Of a stretch of DNA of 64,000 nucleotides, positions 30,889-40,226 are shown one piece after another. The stretch is from an uncultured virus (IMG/VR IMGVR_UViG_3300023054_000005) (Duplodnaviria > Heunggongvirae > Uroviricota > Caudoviricetes). The notes beneath the pieces were generated by a model. That model ran no database searches and was not told where the DNA came from. It saw only the letters and a program-made list of their open reading frames with translations. The stretch's first letter is position 1, and every line of letters begins with the position of its first letter. The position numbers were made by a program, and so were the translations under genes. The stretch is taken from IMG/VR virus record IMGVR_UViG_3300023054_000005; one strand, given 5' to 3'.

Positions 30889-31650
30889 ATGAAGAATCCA
30901 TTTAAAAAACCTAAACTACCAAGTGTACCAAAAATACCAAGTGTACCAAAATTACCAAGTGTACCAAAAATACCTAATCCAATTGATGTAATTGTAGATA
31001 CAGTGAATGATGTTGCTAAAACAACTACAAACATCTATAAGGATTCTACTAAAGCAGTAGTACACACAACTAATGTGGTTGCTAAGAATACTGAAGAAGC
31101 TGCAAAACAAGGATTAGATGTAGAAGATGATACTTGGAAAGCGGGTAGTGCTCAAGCAATTGATTTTGCTAAAGATGGATTGGAAGTAGTAGAAGATACA
31201 GCTAACGTAGCAGTAGATTGGTTGGATGAAAACGCTTGTTACATTGGATTAAATATGGCACTTACAACAGGGTGTGTAATGTACTTCACTCCTAAACCAG
31301 CACCAACAGATCCCGGTACTGTAACTTCTACAACTATTAGTGCTACTATGCTAGCAACAATGGCAACAATGGGAGAGAAAGCAGCAATGATGGCAGTATC
31401 TACCGTAGTTGGTAAACTTTTAGCTGATGGTATCTTTTTAATACCTGGAGTAAAAGGAAAATGTAATAAAGAGTTACTAACAAAGGTACTTACTAATGTA
31501 GTAGGTAAAGCAAATCCAATATATGCAACAGCAGCATTATCAACACCAGCAGGAGTAGGTATATTTGTAGGTTCAGTAGTATCTCCAATAGTAGCAACCT
31601 TAATTTGTGAAGGAGTTGTTCCAAACGGTTTTTCTAAATTAGATTCTTAA
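30889..31650 (+). CDS. Hypothetical protein with PSVPK repeats and hydrophobic C-terminal half
   Basis: Three PSVPK(I/L)-type units; Ala/Thr/Val-rich helices. Confidence 0.6.
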   Translation: MKNPFKKPKLPSVPKIPSVPKLPSVPKIPNPIDVIVDTVNDVAKTTTNIYKDSTKAVVHTTNVVAKNTEEAAKQGLDVEDDTWKAGSAQAIDFAKDGLEVVEDTANVAVDWLDENACYIGLNMALTTGCVMYFTPKPAPTDPGTVTSTTISATMLATMATMGEKAAMMAVSTVVGKLLADGIFLIPGVKGKCNKELLTKVLTNVVGKANPIYATAALSTPAGVGIFVGSVVSPIVATLICEGVVPNGFSKLDS

Positions 31651-31671
31651 TACAAATATAAAAATTATTTT

Positions 31672-32289
31672 ATGAGTTTAAAAAACCTACAGAAAAAAAT
31701 TGGAACAACATCAGACGGTGTTTTTGGGCCAGGTACAATGAAAAAAGCAATGGAGTTTTATAAACTAACTCCTGTAAGAGCCGCTCATTTCTTTGCACAA
31801 ACCTCCCACGAAACAGGTAATTTTAAATTATTCTCAGAAAATTTAAACTATTCTGCCAGCGGGTTAAATAAGATTTTCTCTAAATATTTTAAAAACACAG
31901 GTAAAGATTCTAATTTATATGCCCGTAACCCCGAAAAAATTGCAAACCTAGTATATGCCTCTAGAATGGCTAATGGGAACGAAGCTTCGGGTGATGGTTG
32001 GAAATTTAGAGGTAGAGGAGCATTACAATTAACAGGTAGAGCTAATTATCAAACCTTTGCAGAATATATAGACAAACCCGAAATAATGGATAACCCCGAT
32101 TTAGTGGCAACAGATTTCTCTTTTGAATCCGCTATGTTCTTTTTTGAAAGAAATAAATTATGGGCCATCTGTGATCAAGGGATTAATGATAAATCCATAT
32201 TATCTCTTACAAAAAGAATTAATGGTGGAATTCATGGGTTAGAAGATCGAAACCAGAAAACTAAAAAATACTACGAATACGTAAAATAG
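31672..32289 (+). CDS. Endolysin, glycoside hydrolase family 19
   Basis: AHFFAQ..HET, ENLNYS, DGWKFRGRG.LQLTGR.NY and INGG..GLEDR; short peptidoglycan-binding-like N-terminus. Confidence 0.92.
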   Translation: MSLKNLQKKIGTTSDGVFGPGTMKKAMEFYKLTPVRAAHFFAQTSHETGNFKLFSENLNYSASGLNKIFSKYFKNTGKDSNLYARNPEKIANLVYASRMANGNEASGDGWKFRGRGALQLTGRANYQTFAEYIDKPEIMDNPDLVATDFSFESAMFFFERNKLWAICDQGINDKSILSLTKRINGGIHGLEDRNQKTKKYYEYVK

Positions 32290-32303
32290 AATAAAGTTAT
32301 AAG

Positions 32304-32723
32304 ATGAAAACAACCCTTTTAATAACACTATCATTGACAACCGTATTAGCATTTATATGTTCGTATTTCATGAACCTAACTATTAACAATATTGAACAAT
32401 ACCTCTCAGTATCCTTTGTGATATTTGCTGATGGTTTTTTTGGTGTATGGGCAGGTATCAAAAGAGAAGGATTTAAAACCTTTAGAGCATTAAAAGTATT
32501 AAAAACATTTGGCTTTTGGGTCATAATTCTTTCTGCTATTTTAACAATTGAAAAAGGATTTACCGGGACTAGCTGGTTAAGTGAAACCATTATAGCACCC
32601 TTTTTAGTATTTCAATTAATTTCAATTTTTAAAAATGCTTCAATGTTAGGTATTATAAAAAATGAATTATTGGTCCAAATCCTAGATAAATTAGACAAAC
32701 ATAAAGGAGAAAGAGAAAAATAG
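32304..32723 (+). CDS. Holin-like membrane protein
   Basis: 3-4 hydrophobic helices and SIFKN motif, directly after the endolysin. Confidence 0.7.
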   Translation: MKTTLLITLSLTTVLAFICSYFMNLTINNIEQYLSVSFVIFADGFFGVWAGIKREGFKTFRALKVLKTFGFWVIILSAILTIEKGFTGTSWLSETIIAPFLVFQLISIFKNASMLGIIKNELLVQILDKLDKHKGEREK

Positions 32724-32759
32724 GTTGGAATCATTCTAATCTTTTTTTATATTACATCT

Positions 32760-33836
32760 ATGGTAAAAAATATTCAAAAAGGACTATTCCCATTCCTTAT
32801 AGGGTTATCAGCCCTAACAGTATCGGGTTCAGCAGCATATTACTCGGTTAGTGGGTTAAGTAAGTTATTTGCGGGAGCACAATTTGCAGTCATATTGATG
32901 GCAAGTTCTCTAGAATTTGCTAAGTTAGTAACCGCATCTCTATTATACCAATATTGGAGTGAATTAAGTAAAACATTAAGGGTATATTTGTCAATCGCAA
33001 CTGTAGTACTAGTATTGATTACTAGTATGGGTATTTATGGGTTTTTAAGCTCGGCGTATCAAAACACTTACAGCAAATTTACAATAAAAGAAAACCAAAC
33101 TAAATTCTTAGAACAGAAAAAAGATTTTTATGAAACAGATGTTATACGTCATGACTCAGAACTTAAAAGAATTTCTAGTAATATCTCTTCTCTCAGTAAC
33201 GCAAAATCTACCTCAATCCAGATTAAAGACGCATCGGTGGTTGGGGGCTTTAGAACCACCGTCTCTACTACAGAGCTTAGACTTTCCCAACAGCGTATCG
33301 GGGTGGAAGAAGAAAATAGAAAACAAGTTCAATCTAAAAGGGAAGTATCGGCGGATAGTTTACAAAAATACCAACTCCAAATATTAGAACTAGAAAACAA
33401 TATTGATTTGGCAGGGGAATTAGGACCACTACAATACCTATCCGGTCTTACAGGTGCACCTATGGATAAGATTATTAACATACTTTTACTTGTAATCATA
33501 TTTGTATTTGACCCTTTAGCCATTGCTCTTGTAATTGCATCTAATTTTGCGTTTGATAGAGCTTACCCTAAACATAAAGAAAAAGTTTTAGTTGATTCAG
33601 ATCTAGATGAAATTGAAGATGTAACATCCCCACTAGAAAAAGAATTTAATATCCTAGATACCAACCAGGATGGTATTGTTGATAAGGAAGAAATCATCTC
33701 AGCACATCAAAAAATTTCTAAACTAAAAAACACCCTTACACAACCCCTCTCAGGGTGGAGGAGAAACAAAATCATAAATGAAATTAACCTCCTACAATCT
33801 CTTCTAGATTCTGAAGAGGATGTTAAAACTTATTAA
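32760..33836 (+). CDS. Membrane protein with coiled coil and C-terminal EF-hand-like motif
   Basis: N-terminal TM helices, SMGIYGFLS, GPLQY, FVFDPLA, DTNQDGIVDKEE. Confidence 0.7.
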   Translation: MVKNIQKGLFPFLIGLSALTVSGSAAYYSVSGLSKLFAGAQFAVILMASSLEFAKLVTASLLYQYWSELSKTLRVYLSIATVVLVLITSMGIYGFLSSAYQNTYSKFTIKENQTKFLEQKKDFYETDVIRHDSELKRISSNISSLSNAKSTSIQIKDASVVGGFRTTVSTTELRLSQQRIGVEEENRKQVQSKREVSADSLQKYQLQILELENNIDLAGELGPLQYLSGLTGAPMDKIINILLLVIIFVFDPLAIALVIASNFAFDRAYPKHKEKVLVDSDLDEIEDVTSPLEKEFNILDTNQDGIVDKEEIISAHQKISKLKNTLTQPLSGWRRNKIINEINLLQSLLDSEEDVKTY

Positions 33837-33842
33837 AATATA

Positions 33843-33873
33843 TTTGGCTCCCTAGTGGAGCCTTCGTATATTT
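33843..33873 (+). promoter_or_regulatory. Representative of a recurrent promoter motif T(T/A)GG-N19-TATATT, often with an internal hairpin
   Basis: Exact 19-nt spacing checked by hand at GG positions 4167, 4614, 7275, 9377, 19152, 20679, 21574, 32727, 33846, 34690, 37499, 39242, 41766, 42388, 42674, 46043, 46342, 52331, 53630, 60118 and 63863. Confidence 0.8.
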
Positions 33874-33894
33874 AAGTAATAAATAAAGGTTAAC

Positions 33895-34371
33895 ATGAAA
33901 AATTTGTATTCTCCAATTTTATCTAAAGAACAATTAGATAAAAAATTCTCTAATCTTCGCAAATTAAAATATAACCAATTTCGTTGGTGGAGGATGTACG
34001 ATAACCCAAAACCACCCTTACACCATAAACAATCCCTTAGAGATAGAATTTTAAATGGTGATTTTGAATATTCACACTACAAGTATCAAGCGGAATGGTG
34101 TGAACATGAAATAAACCAAATATGGGGGGAATGCTATCCTGATATTGGTAAATTCAACGAAATGTCCTCTTTACTACGCACACGTCGAAAACGTTTATTA
34201 GAAGATTTTGAAAAAGATGAAAATAATAAATTGTCTGAACTCATGTCTTTATTTACTAAACATTGTAAATTAAGTATAGAAGAAGTTGAAGAAGAAATGT
34301 TAAAATCTAGGGGATCCTTAATAGATTTTTATTACATTATAAAAGATAAATATAAAACAAATAAATTATAA
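33895..34371 (+). CDS. Hypothetical protein
   Basis: 158-aa ORF (YNQFRWWRMY) behind a promoter motif. Confidence 0.7.
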   Translation: MKNLYSPILSKEQLDKKFSNLRKLKYNQFRWWRMYDNPKPPLHHKQSLRDRILNGDFEYSHYKYQAEWCEHEINQIWGECYPDIGKFNEMSSLLRTRRKRLLEDFEKDENNKLSELMSLFTKHCKLSIEEVEEEMLKSRGSLIDFYYIIKDKYKTNKL

Positions 34372-34374
34372 GTC

Positions 34375-34731
34375 ATGAAAAAAGTAGTATTAGTAATATT
34401 ATTATTATTATTTACAAGGTGCGCCTCAAACCCTTTAAAAAACATTTCTACTGAGGGTCTAACGTATAAAGAAACCGGTATATATTATATGGGAGAATTA
34501 TGTGCAACTCTATCCGCCGTCGAAATTTCATATGATAATAAAAAAATAGTCAGAGAAGTTACATTTGTCTTAACAAGCTCTAAATTTAATGATAAAGCTC
34601 TACAAATTATCAAATTAGTTAATTTATCAAACCCTAATATTGAAGTTGAAGTAGAACTTAAACCTATAAATAACTCTTTAAGAAAAAGTGGAGAAACAAC
34701 ACCTTCTTCGTATATTGATAAATATAAATAA
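34375..34731 (+). CDS. Putative lipoprotein
   Basis: MKK, hydrophobic stretch, then FTRC lipobox-like cysteine. Confidence 0.6.
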   Translation: MKKVVLVILLLLFTRCASNPLKNISTEGLTYKETGIYYMGELCATLSAVEISYDNKKIVREVTFVLTSSKFNDKALQIIKLVNLSNPNIEVEVELKPINNSLRKSGETTPSSYIDKYK

Positions 34732-34736
34732 AGATT

Positions 34737-34961
34737 ATGAAAGGAATATTAGAATACGATTTAGACGACAGAGATGATGAGATGGCAATGAAAATAGCTA
34801 TGAAATCCTCAGATATGGCATCTTTTATATGGGAATTAACACATAACTTTTGGAGAAAATGGAAACATGATGACTCAGACTTTAATTTAGAAACTTATAG
34901 AGAAGCGTTGAATGGTTTATTAGATGATCATGACATCAATACCGATGAATTAATATATTAA
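34737..34961 (+). CDS. Hypothetical protein
   Basis: 74-aa ORF behind a promoter motif. Confidence 0.6.
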   Translation: MKGILEYDLDDRDDEMAMKIAMKSSDMASFIWELTHNFWRKWKHDDSDFNLETYREALNGLLDDHDINTDELIY

Positions 34962-34980
34962 ATATAAAAAGTTATAAATT

Positions 34981-36060
34981 ATGATAGTAAACCACGAAGT
35001 GCCAAAATTCCTACTCAATATTTCTCCTGAGTTTAATGAGTATGATTTTTGCTTACCCCATTTATTGGACCAAGATAAAGAATATTTAAAATATTTTAAA
35101 GAAGCAAAAGCTAAAGGGAGGTATGTTATTATGGATAATTCCTTACATGAACTTAAAGATGAAAACGGGGGGCACGGTTATGACCATAGTCGTTTACTTT
35201 TTTGGGTTAAAGAATTAGAACCAGATGAATTCATAGTACCTGATGTTTGGATGGATTGTCATCAAACCGCGGCACAGGCCAAGTATTGGAAACAGTTTAA
35301 ATTCCCTAAAAAAACCAAGAAAATAGCAGTAATCCAAGGTAAGGATAAAAATGACGCATATCTGTGTGCTGGATTGTTAAGGGAATTAGGATATGAAAAA
35401 TTATGTGTATCTTACGGTGCTACTTGGTATAATGATTTTTTCCCACATAGTAACGCGGATATGGGAAAGGCATTGGGTAGAGTACGATTTGTACAAGGTT
35501 TACTAAATTTACGCCATTTAAAAGATATTAAGTTACATTTATTGGGTTGTTCAATACCACAAGAATTTGGTTGGTATGATAACCACCCTCAAATAGAATC
35601 CATTGACACCTCAAACCCCGTAATGTCAGCTTTAGAAGGGGTTGAATACAAAAGTTATGGTTTAAACACTAAACCAACCGCAAATATCAATAACTACTTT
35701 GATATGGAGTTGGATGAAATTGGTATTTCTAGAGTTGGATATAATGTAAATAAATTCAGAGAAATTAATAATTTAAATATAAAAACAATCATGAGTACAA
35801 AAAAAAATGATTCATCCGATATGATGTCACTTTATGATTACCTAGGAAAAGCCGCAGGTAGTGAATTAGGAAAAGAGGTTTGTATTGTAGCAGTACAATT
35901 AAAAGAAACAATTCAGGAAAGGGCTATTGAAAATCCAAAATATAAAGGAAATGTCCACTTATATCGTAGAGAATTTTTAGACGATTATTTTGGGAATAGA
36001 GTATATGAACAATCCGAAGTAGAACCTTCTACAGGTGATCTACAAGATTATCAATTGTAA
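34981..36060 (+). CDS. tRNA-guanine transglycosylase/DpdA-like protein with an extra C-terminal domain
   Basis: TGT-fold motif series IMDNS, VPDV, AVIQG, LHLLG, SIDTSNP; adjacent to queC. Confidence 0.65.
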   Translation: MIVNHEVPKFLLNISPEFNEYDFCLPHLLDQDKEYLKYFKEAKAKGRYVIMDNSLHELKDENGGHGYDHSRLLFWVKELEPDEFIVPDVWMDCHQTAAQAKYWKQFKFPKKTKKIAVIQGKDKNDAYLCAGLLRELGYEKLCVSYGATWYNDFFPHSNADMGKALGRVRFVQGLLNLRHLKDIKLHLLGCSIPQEFGWYDNHPQIESIDTSNPVMSALEGVEYKSYGLNTKPTANINNYFDMELDEIGISRVGYNVNKFREINNLNIKTIMSTKKNDSSDMMSLYDYLGKAAGSELGKEVCIVAVQLKETIQERAIENPKYKGNVHLYRREFLDDYFGNRVYEQSEVEPSTGDLQDYQL

Positions 36061-36114
36061 AATAGCGTTTGCCTATACGCTTTTAATACCTGGCAATAAA
36101 TTAAATTAAATAAA

Positions 36115-36987
36115 ATGAGTAAAACAAAAAAACATTGTGTGGTTAGTCTCTCAGGTGGAATGGACAGTAGCACATTATTATTAAGAGCATTAAAAGATTA
36201 CGACACTTGTACCGCCATCAGCTTCGATTATGGTCAAAAACACAGAGTAGAATTAGATAGAGCTAAATCATTAGTAAGATATCTAAACAGACATGGGGAA
36301 TCAGAACATCCAAATACTTTTACATACCATCAAATCACTTACCGTCAAATTAAATTAGATGGTTTATCAGATTTATTGGATTCAGCATTAGTAGAAGGAG
36401 GTAATGATGTACCTGAAGGGCATTATGAAAACGACAACATGAAAGAAACAGTTGTTCCTAATCGTAATAAAATATTTGCTTCTATTACACAAGCGGTTGC
36501 CTTATCAATAGCAAATAGAACAGGGGAAAATTGTGATATCGCTATGGGGATTCATGCTGGAGATTTCGAAGTTTATCCTGATTGCCGACAAGAGTTTAGA
36601 GATGCAGACGATAAAGCCTTTAGAGAAGGAAATTGGGATGCAGATAGAGTAGGTTATTTTACACCCTATATTAAAGGTAATAAATTTACAATATTACAAG
36701 ATGGAGAAATATTATGTGAAGAATTTGGAATAACCTTCGACGAGGTTTATAAAAGAACACTTACTTCATATAAACCAATTTTTATAGGTTCAGTTGATGG
36801 TAATGACAATTCTATGAAGGGAGAATGGTACTCAGATTACAAATCAGCAAGTTCAGTAGAACGTATCGAAGCCTTTATCAAATTAGGACGTCCTGATCCT
36901 GCGAGTTATGCAGATGAAACAGGACCAGTATCTTACGAAGTGGCAGAAGCACACGTAAAACAAATACTTGCACAACATAACAAGTAG
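36115..36987 (+). CDS. queC: 7-cyano-7-deazaguanine (preQ0) synthase
   Basis: SGGMDS PP-loop, FDYGQKH, VVPNRN and YPDCR motifs. Confidence 0.92.
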   Translation: MSKTKKHCVVSLSGGMDSSTLLLRALKDYDTCTAISFDYGQKHRVELDRAKSLVRYLNRHGESEHPNTFTYHQITYRQIKLDGLSDLLDSALVEGGNDVPEGHYENDNMKETVVPNRNKIFASITQAVALSIANRTGENCDIAMGIHAGDFEVYPDCRQEFRDADDKAFREGNWDADRVGYFTPYIKGNKFTILQDGEILCEEFGITFDEVYKRTLTSYKPIFIGSVDGNDNSMKGEWYSDYKSASSVERIEAFIKLGRPDPASYADETGPVSYEVAEAHVKQILAQHNK

Positions 36988-36997
36988 ACCCCTAATA

Positions 36998-37131
36998 GGA
37001 TAATAAACAGTACTCATCACGCTCAGGGGATTAATCTTTACTTCCTTGAGCGTACCAGGATGAGTCTTTTACGTAAGGAAGGATTAAAACCCCTACTTAC
37101 AAAAGGTTAATTAGTAGTAACCGTTTTATCC
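36998..37131 (+). ncRNA. Candidate structured ncRNA (multi-stem junction)
   Basis: GGATAA/TTATCC closes three hairpins in an ORF-free gap. Confidence 0.4.
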
Positions 37132-37290
37132 GCCTACGCTAGCACATGGGCAACAGAGAGAAAAGATAATTAATTATTTAGGCTTCTTGAAGATAGCTGT
37201 GTAAACGTTACTACTTATTAATTCTTTTAAGGATGATATTTTTTTATTTAAATCCTTATACATCAACATTTTTTCTGAAACAATTACATA

Positions 37291-37325
37291 AAGACTTGCC
37301 TATGCGAGTCTTTTTTTGTATATTC
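37291..37325 (+). terminator. Terminator/promoter cassette, nearly identical to 48947-48980
   Basis: AAGACTTGC-(c/a)..-GCGAGTCTT plus T run ending in TATATT. Confidence 0.7.
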
Positions 37326-37353
37326 AAGTATAACATTTAAACATACCTACAAT

Positions 37354-37494
37354 ATGGAATTTCAAGAAAAATTAAACAAAATTGAAGTAATTAGTAAAAC
37401 TATTTTAGAATTAAAATCATCTATTAAAACACCTCTAACAAAATTACGTATTCAAAAACTCCAACAAGAATTAGATAAAATTACTATGTCATAA
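37354..37494 (+). CDS. Small coiled-coil protein (46 aa), not in the ORF track
   Basis: MEFQEKLNKIEV...QQELDKITMS*, between two promoter motifs. Confidence 0.5.
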   Translation: MEFQEKLNKIEVISKTILELKSSIKTPLTKLRIQKLQQELDKITMS

Positions 37495-37558
37495 ATTTGG
37501 CTACCCGAAGGATTTATCGTATATTTAAACATAATAACAAATAAAAACAATTAAGGTT

Positions 37559-37963
37559 ATGCATTATATTAAAAGATTAGGTCAAAAAACATTTATACAC
37601 ATTAAAAAATTAGTAGACCCAAACCATATCCCCAAAAGGGATCCTCAACAAACATCTATATATCTTATTTGCAAAAAAATTATAGAAAATGAAAAAACTA
37701 CCTTGCACATAGCCCCCTTAAGTGGTAAAAGATATTTAAGACAAGAAAAAGGAAATTTATTTATTATTATAGGTAAAGAAACTATAGAAATAATCAATCA
37801 TGTTTATAGTTATATTATCCCTATGAACTCTATCATTTTACGAAAAATTACTAAATCCTTTGATAATCGGATGGAGGTAATAAGAAACAACATGGAGAAT
37901 GAGATCAAAAATAACATACAAAACTCACTAACTCGATTATTAAGAGATTTAAATAAATATTAA
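37559..37963 (+). CDS. Hypothetical protein
   Basis: 134-aa ORF behind a promoter motif. Confidence 0.65.
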   Translation: MHYIKRLGQKTFIHIKKLVDPNHIPKRDPQQTSIYLICKKIIENEKTTLHIAPLSGKRYLRQEKGNLFIIIGKETIEIINHVYSYIIPMNSIILRKITKSFDNRMEVIRNNMENEIKNNIQNSLTRLLRDLNKY

Positions 37964-37974
37964 ACTTAATAAAA

Positions 37975-38169
37975 ATGAAGCTTTATAGTAGAGAAATAGA
38001 TGATATATTATTGATCGTAACGGCTGACAGACGGGCTTATGAATTACAAGCAACTCCCAACTCCGATTACATATCGATAACCCCGGATGAAGGAGACCCG
38101 GAACCAAGTCAAATAGAAAGAAATGAGTTTTTACACCTTTGGAAAAATACTAAATTTAAAAATAAATAA
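37975..38169 (+). CDS. Hypothetical protein
   Basis: 64-aa ORF in an operon-like run. Confidence 0.5.
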   Translation: MKLYSREIDDILLIVTADRRAYELQATPNSDYISITPDEGDPEPSQIERNEFLHLWKNTKFKNK

Positions 38170-38171
38170 TT

Positions 38172-38492
38172 ATGAGCGGAGGACACTTTGAATACAACCA
38201 ATTTAAAATTAGAGATATAGCGGATGATATCCAAACAGAACTAGATAATCAAGGTAAAGATATACCTGAATACGAGCTTTCTTATTTTGCTGATGCTTAT
38301 CTTGAAAAATACCCAGAGGAAAGATATAATCGTATTTATAGAAAGGATGTTCAAGAGGAATTTAAAAAGGCCATTAAGGTATTAAGACAAGCCGAGATAT
38401 ATGCACAAAGAGTAGATTGGTACCTATCCGGAGATGATGGGGAGGATTCATTTATAAGTAGATTAAAAGAAGACTTAGAAGAAATAAAATAA
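38172..38492 (+). CDS. Conserved hypothetical phage protein
   Basis: MSGGHFEY start and RVDWYLSGDDGEDSF motif. Confidence 0.7.
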   Translation: MSGGHFEYNQFKIRDIADDIQTELDNQGKDIPEYELSYFADAYLEKYPEERYNRIYRKDVQEEFKKAIKVLRQAEIYAQRVDWYLSGDDGEDSFISRLKEDLEEIK

Positions 38493-38541
38493 AAAAAAAT
38501 ATTATTACCTCAAAAAGAGGTAGACCTAAAAAATAGAAGTT

Positions 38542-39222
38542 ATGAAAATTTGGCATATTGGGGATACTCACACGTACCACAACTTATTAGAAATACCAAA
38601 GGGTGTTGATATGGTCATCTTTAGTGGTGATTGCTCAAACCCCCGAGACCCTTACAGCAATGAGCCTGAGGTAAGAAGATTTATAGATTGGTTTAGTTCA
38701 TTACCAATTAAATATAAAGTATTTATTGCGGGGAATCATGATAGTTCAATAGAAAAAGGTTTAGTAACTAAAGAAGATTTCGATAAAAAAGATATTTATT
38801 ATTTAGAAAATACTCATATTACTATCGAGGGTATAAAGATATTTGGTTCTCCTTATACACCCCAATTTGGGCAATGGTCTTTCATGAAAGAAAGACATAA
38901 ACTGGATAGAATGTGGGATAATATAATAGAGGATGACTCAGATATTATAGTAGTGCACGGTCCTCCTAAGGGAATGTTAGATTTATCTTATGATAGAAGA
39001 GGAAACCTTGAAAATTGTGGGGATAAATCACTGATGAATAAAGTTCAAATAGTAAAACCCAAGTTAATGTTATTTGGTCATATTCATGATAACAACAATA
39101 TCATAAACGCTGGTACTAGAACAGTAAGAGGATTAGATACAATTTTCTCAAACGGTTCCGTGGTTACTGATGGAAAATTTGGTAGATTGAGTAGTAATGG
39201 GAACATATTAGAAATAAATTGA
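38542..39222 (+). CDS. Calcineurin-like metallophosphoesterase, copy 1
   Basis: GDTH, SGD, AGNHD, HGPP and FGHIH motifs. Confidence 0.9.
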   Translation: MKIWHIGDTHTYHNLLEIPKGVDMVIFSGDCSNPRDPYSNEPEVRRFIDWFSSLPIKYKVFIAGNHDSSIEKGLVTKEDFDKKDIYYLENTHITIEGIKIFGSPYTPQFGQWSFMKERHKLDRMWDNIIEDDSDIIVVHGPPKGMLDLSYDRRGNLENCGDKSLMNKVQIVKPKLMLFGHIHDNNNIINAGTRTVRGLDTIFSNGSVVTDGKFGRLSSNGNILEIN

Positions 39223-39298
39223 AAGTAATGCGCGGGGGTTTGGCTACCCGTGTTTTCTTTCGTATATTTACTTATAAGTTAAATTTTAAATAAAAGTT

Positions 39299-39865
39299 AT
39301 GTCAACATTAGAAGTAAATAATAATCAATTAAGGTTAATACAGAAAGCATTAGACTTTTACTCAAGAATAGGAATGGGTCAATTTAATGTGATTAAAGAA
39401 CACCCAACATTTGAAAAACATTTATATGAGGTTTGTAGCCCTGTTAAAGAGATTGAAGTAGGAGACAGAACCCCTCAAGGAAAAATCCTTGAAATAAAAG
39501 AGGGGAAGGCATTAATATCAGGAAGTGTGAAGGATGGGTATTGGAATAAGGAGCATGTTTGGAAAAAATTAAAGGATGTTAAATTATCTACCAACTACAC
39601 AAAATATCACCAAATTAGGGATAATATTGATAACCAACTTGCCGAAGTTAGAAATAACTTAATACAGGATTATTCAGTAGGAAAAAATGGGAGTTGGGGA
39701 ATACATAACCCAAAAGTAGATGAATCTTGTAGAGAAGCGTATGATATAATTCAGGTAATAAGACATGAGTTCTGGAAAGCAGATGAAACAAGAAGTAGTA
39801 TAACAGTGGATTCTCATGTTATGTTAACAACAAAAGATACAGGAAATATAAAAGTATCATTATGA
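39299..39865 (+). CDS. Hypothetical protein
   Basis: 188-aa ORF behind a promoter motif. Confidence 0.65.
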   Translation: MSTLEVNNNQLRLIQKALDFYSRIGMGQFNVIKEHPTFEKHLYEVCSPVKEIEVGDRTPQGKILEIKEGKALISGSVKDGYWNKEHVWKKLKDVKLSTNYTKYHQIRDNIDNQLAEVRNNLIQDYSVGKNGSWGIHNPKVDESCREAYDIIQVIRHEFWKADETRSSITVDSHVMLTTKDTGNIKVSL

Positions 39866-40065
39866 AAATCACAAGAAAATCACAGTTATCCGGTAAAACA
39901 AACACCATGGAATTGGATGCAACTAATGAGCAATTAGTAAGACATGAAAGAGGAGAATTAGCTCAAAATGTATTTACAAATATAAGCTCAGATGAAAGAG
40001 AGTTTATAATCTCAGGTATTACACCAGAAGAATGGGTAAATGCATTTGGTCACGAAGAAGCATAA
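39862..40065 (+). CDS. Conserved small phage protein
   Basis: EREFIISGITPEEW motif; ATGA coupling to the previous gene. Confidence 0.65.
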   Translation: MKITRKSQLSGKTNTMELDATNEQLVRHERGELAQNVFTNISSDEREFIISGITPEEWVNAFGHEEA

Positions 40066-40077
40066 TTAAAATAAATA

Positions 40078-40221
40078 AAACATGTTAAATTTGATAGAAA
40101 CTAAGCAATATATGAATGTGTAGAATGTAGTGGGGAAATAATAGATCTCTATTATATTATAGAAGATAAATATAAAAAATACAATATTATTACCTCAAAA
40201 AGAGGTAGACCTAAAAAATAG
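40078..40221 (+). pseudogene. 3' remnant of a homolog of 33895-34371
   Basis: KHVKFDRN*AIYECVECSGEIIDLYYIIEDKYK aligns without gaps to KHCKLSIEEVEEEMLKSRGSLIDFYYIIKDKYK. Confidence 0.6.
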
Positions 40222-40226
40222 AAGTA

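Noticed and set aside
36060..36114. preQ1 riboswitch upstream of queC
   Set aside because: There is a small hairpin (AGCGT/ACGCT) but no recognisable aptamer consensus.
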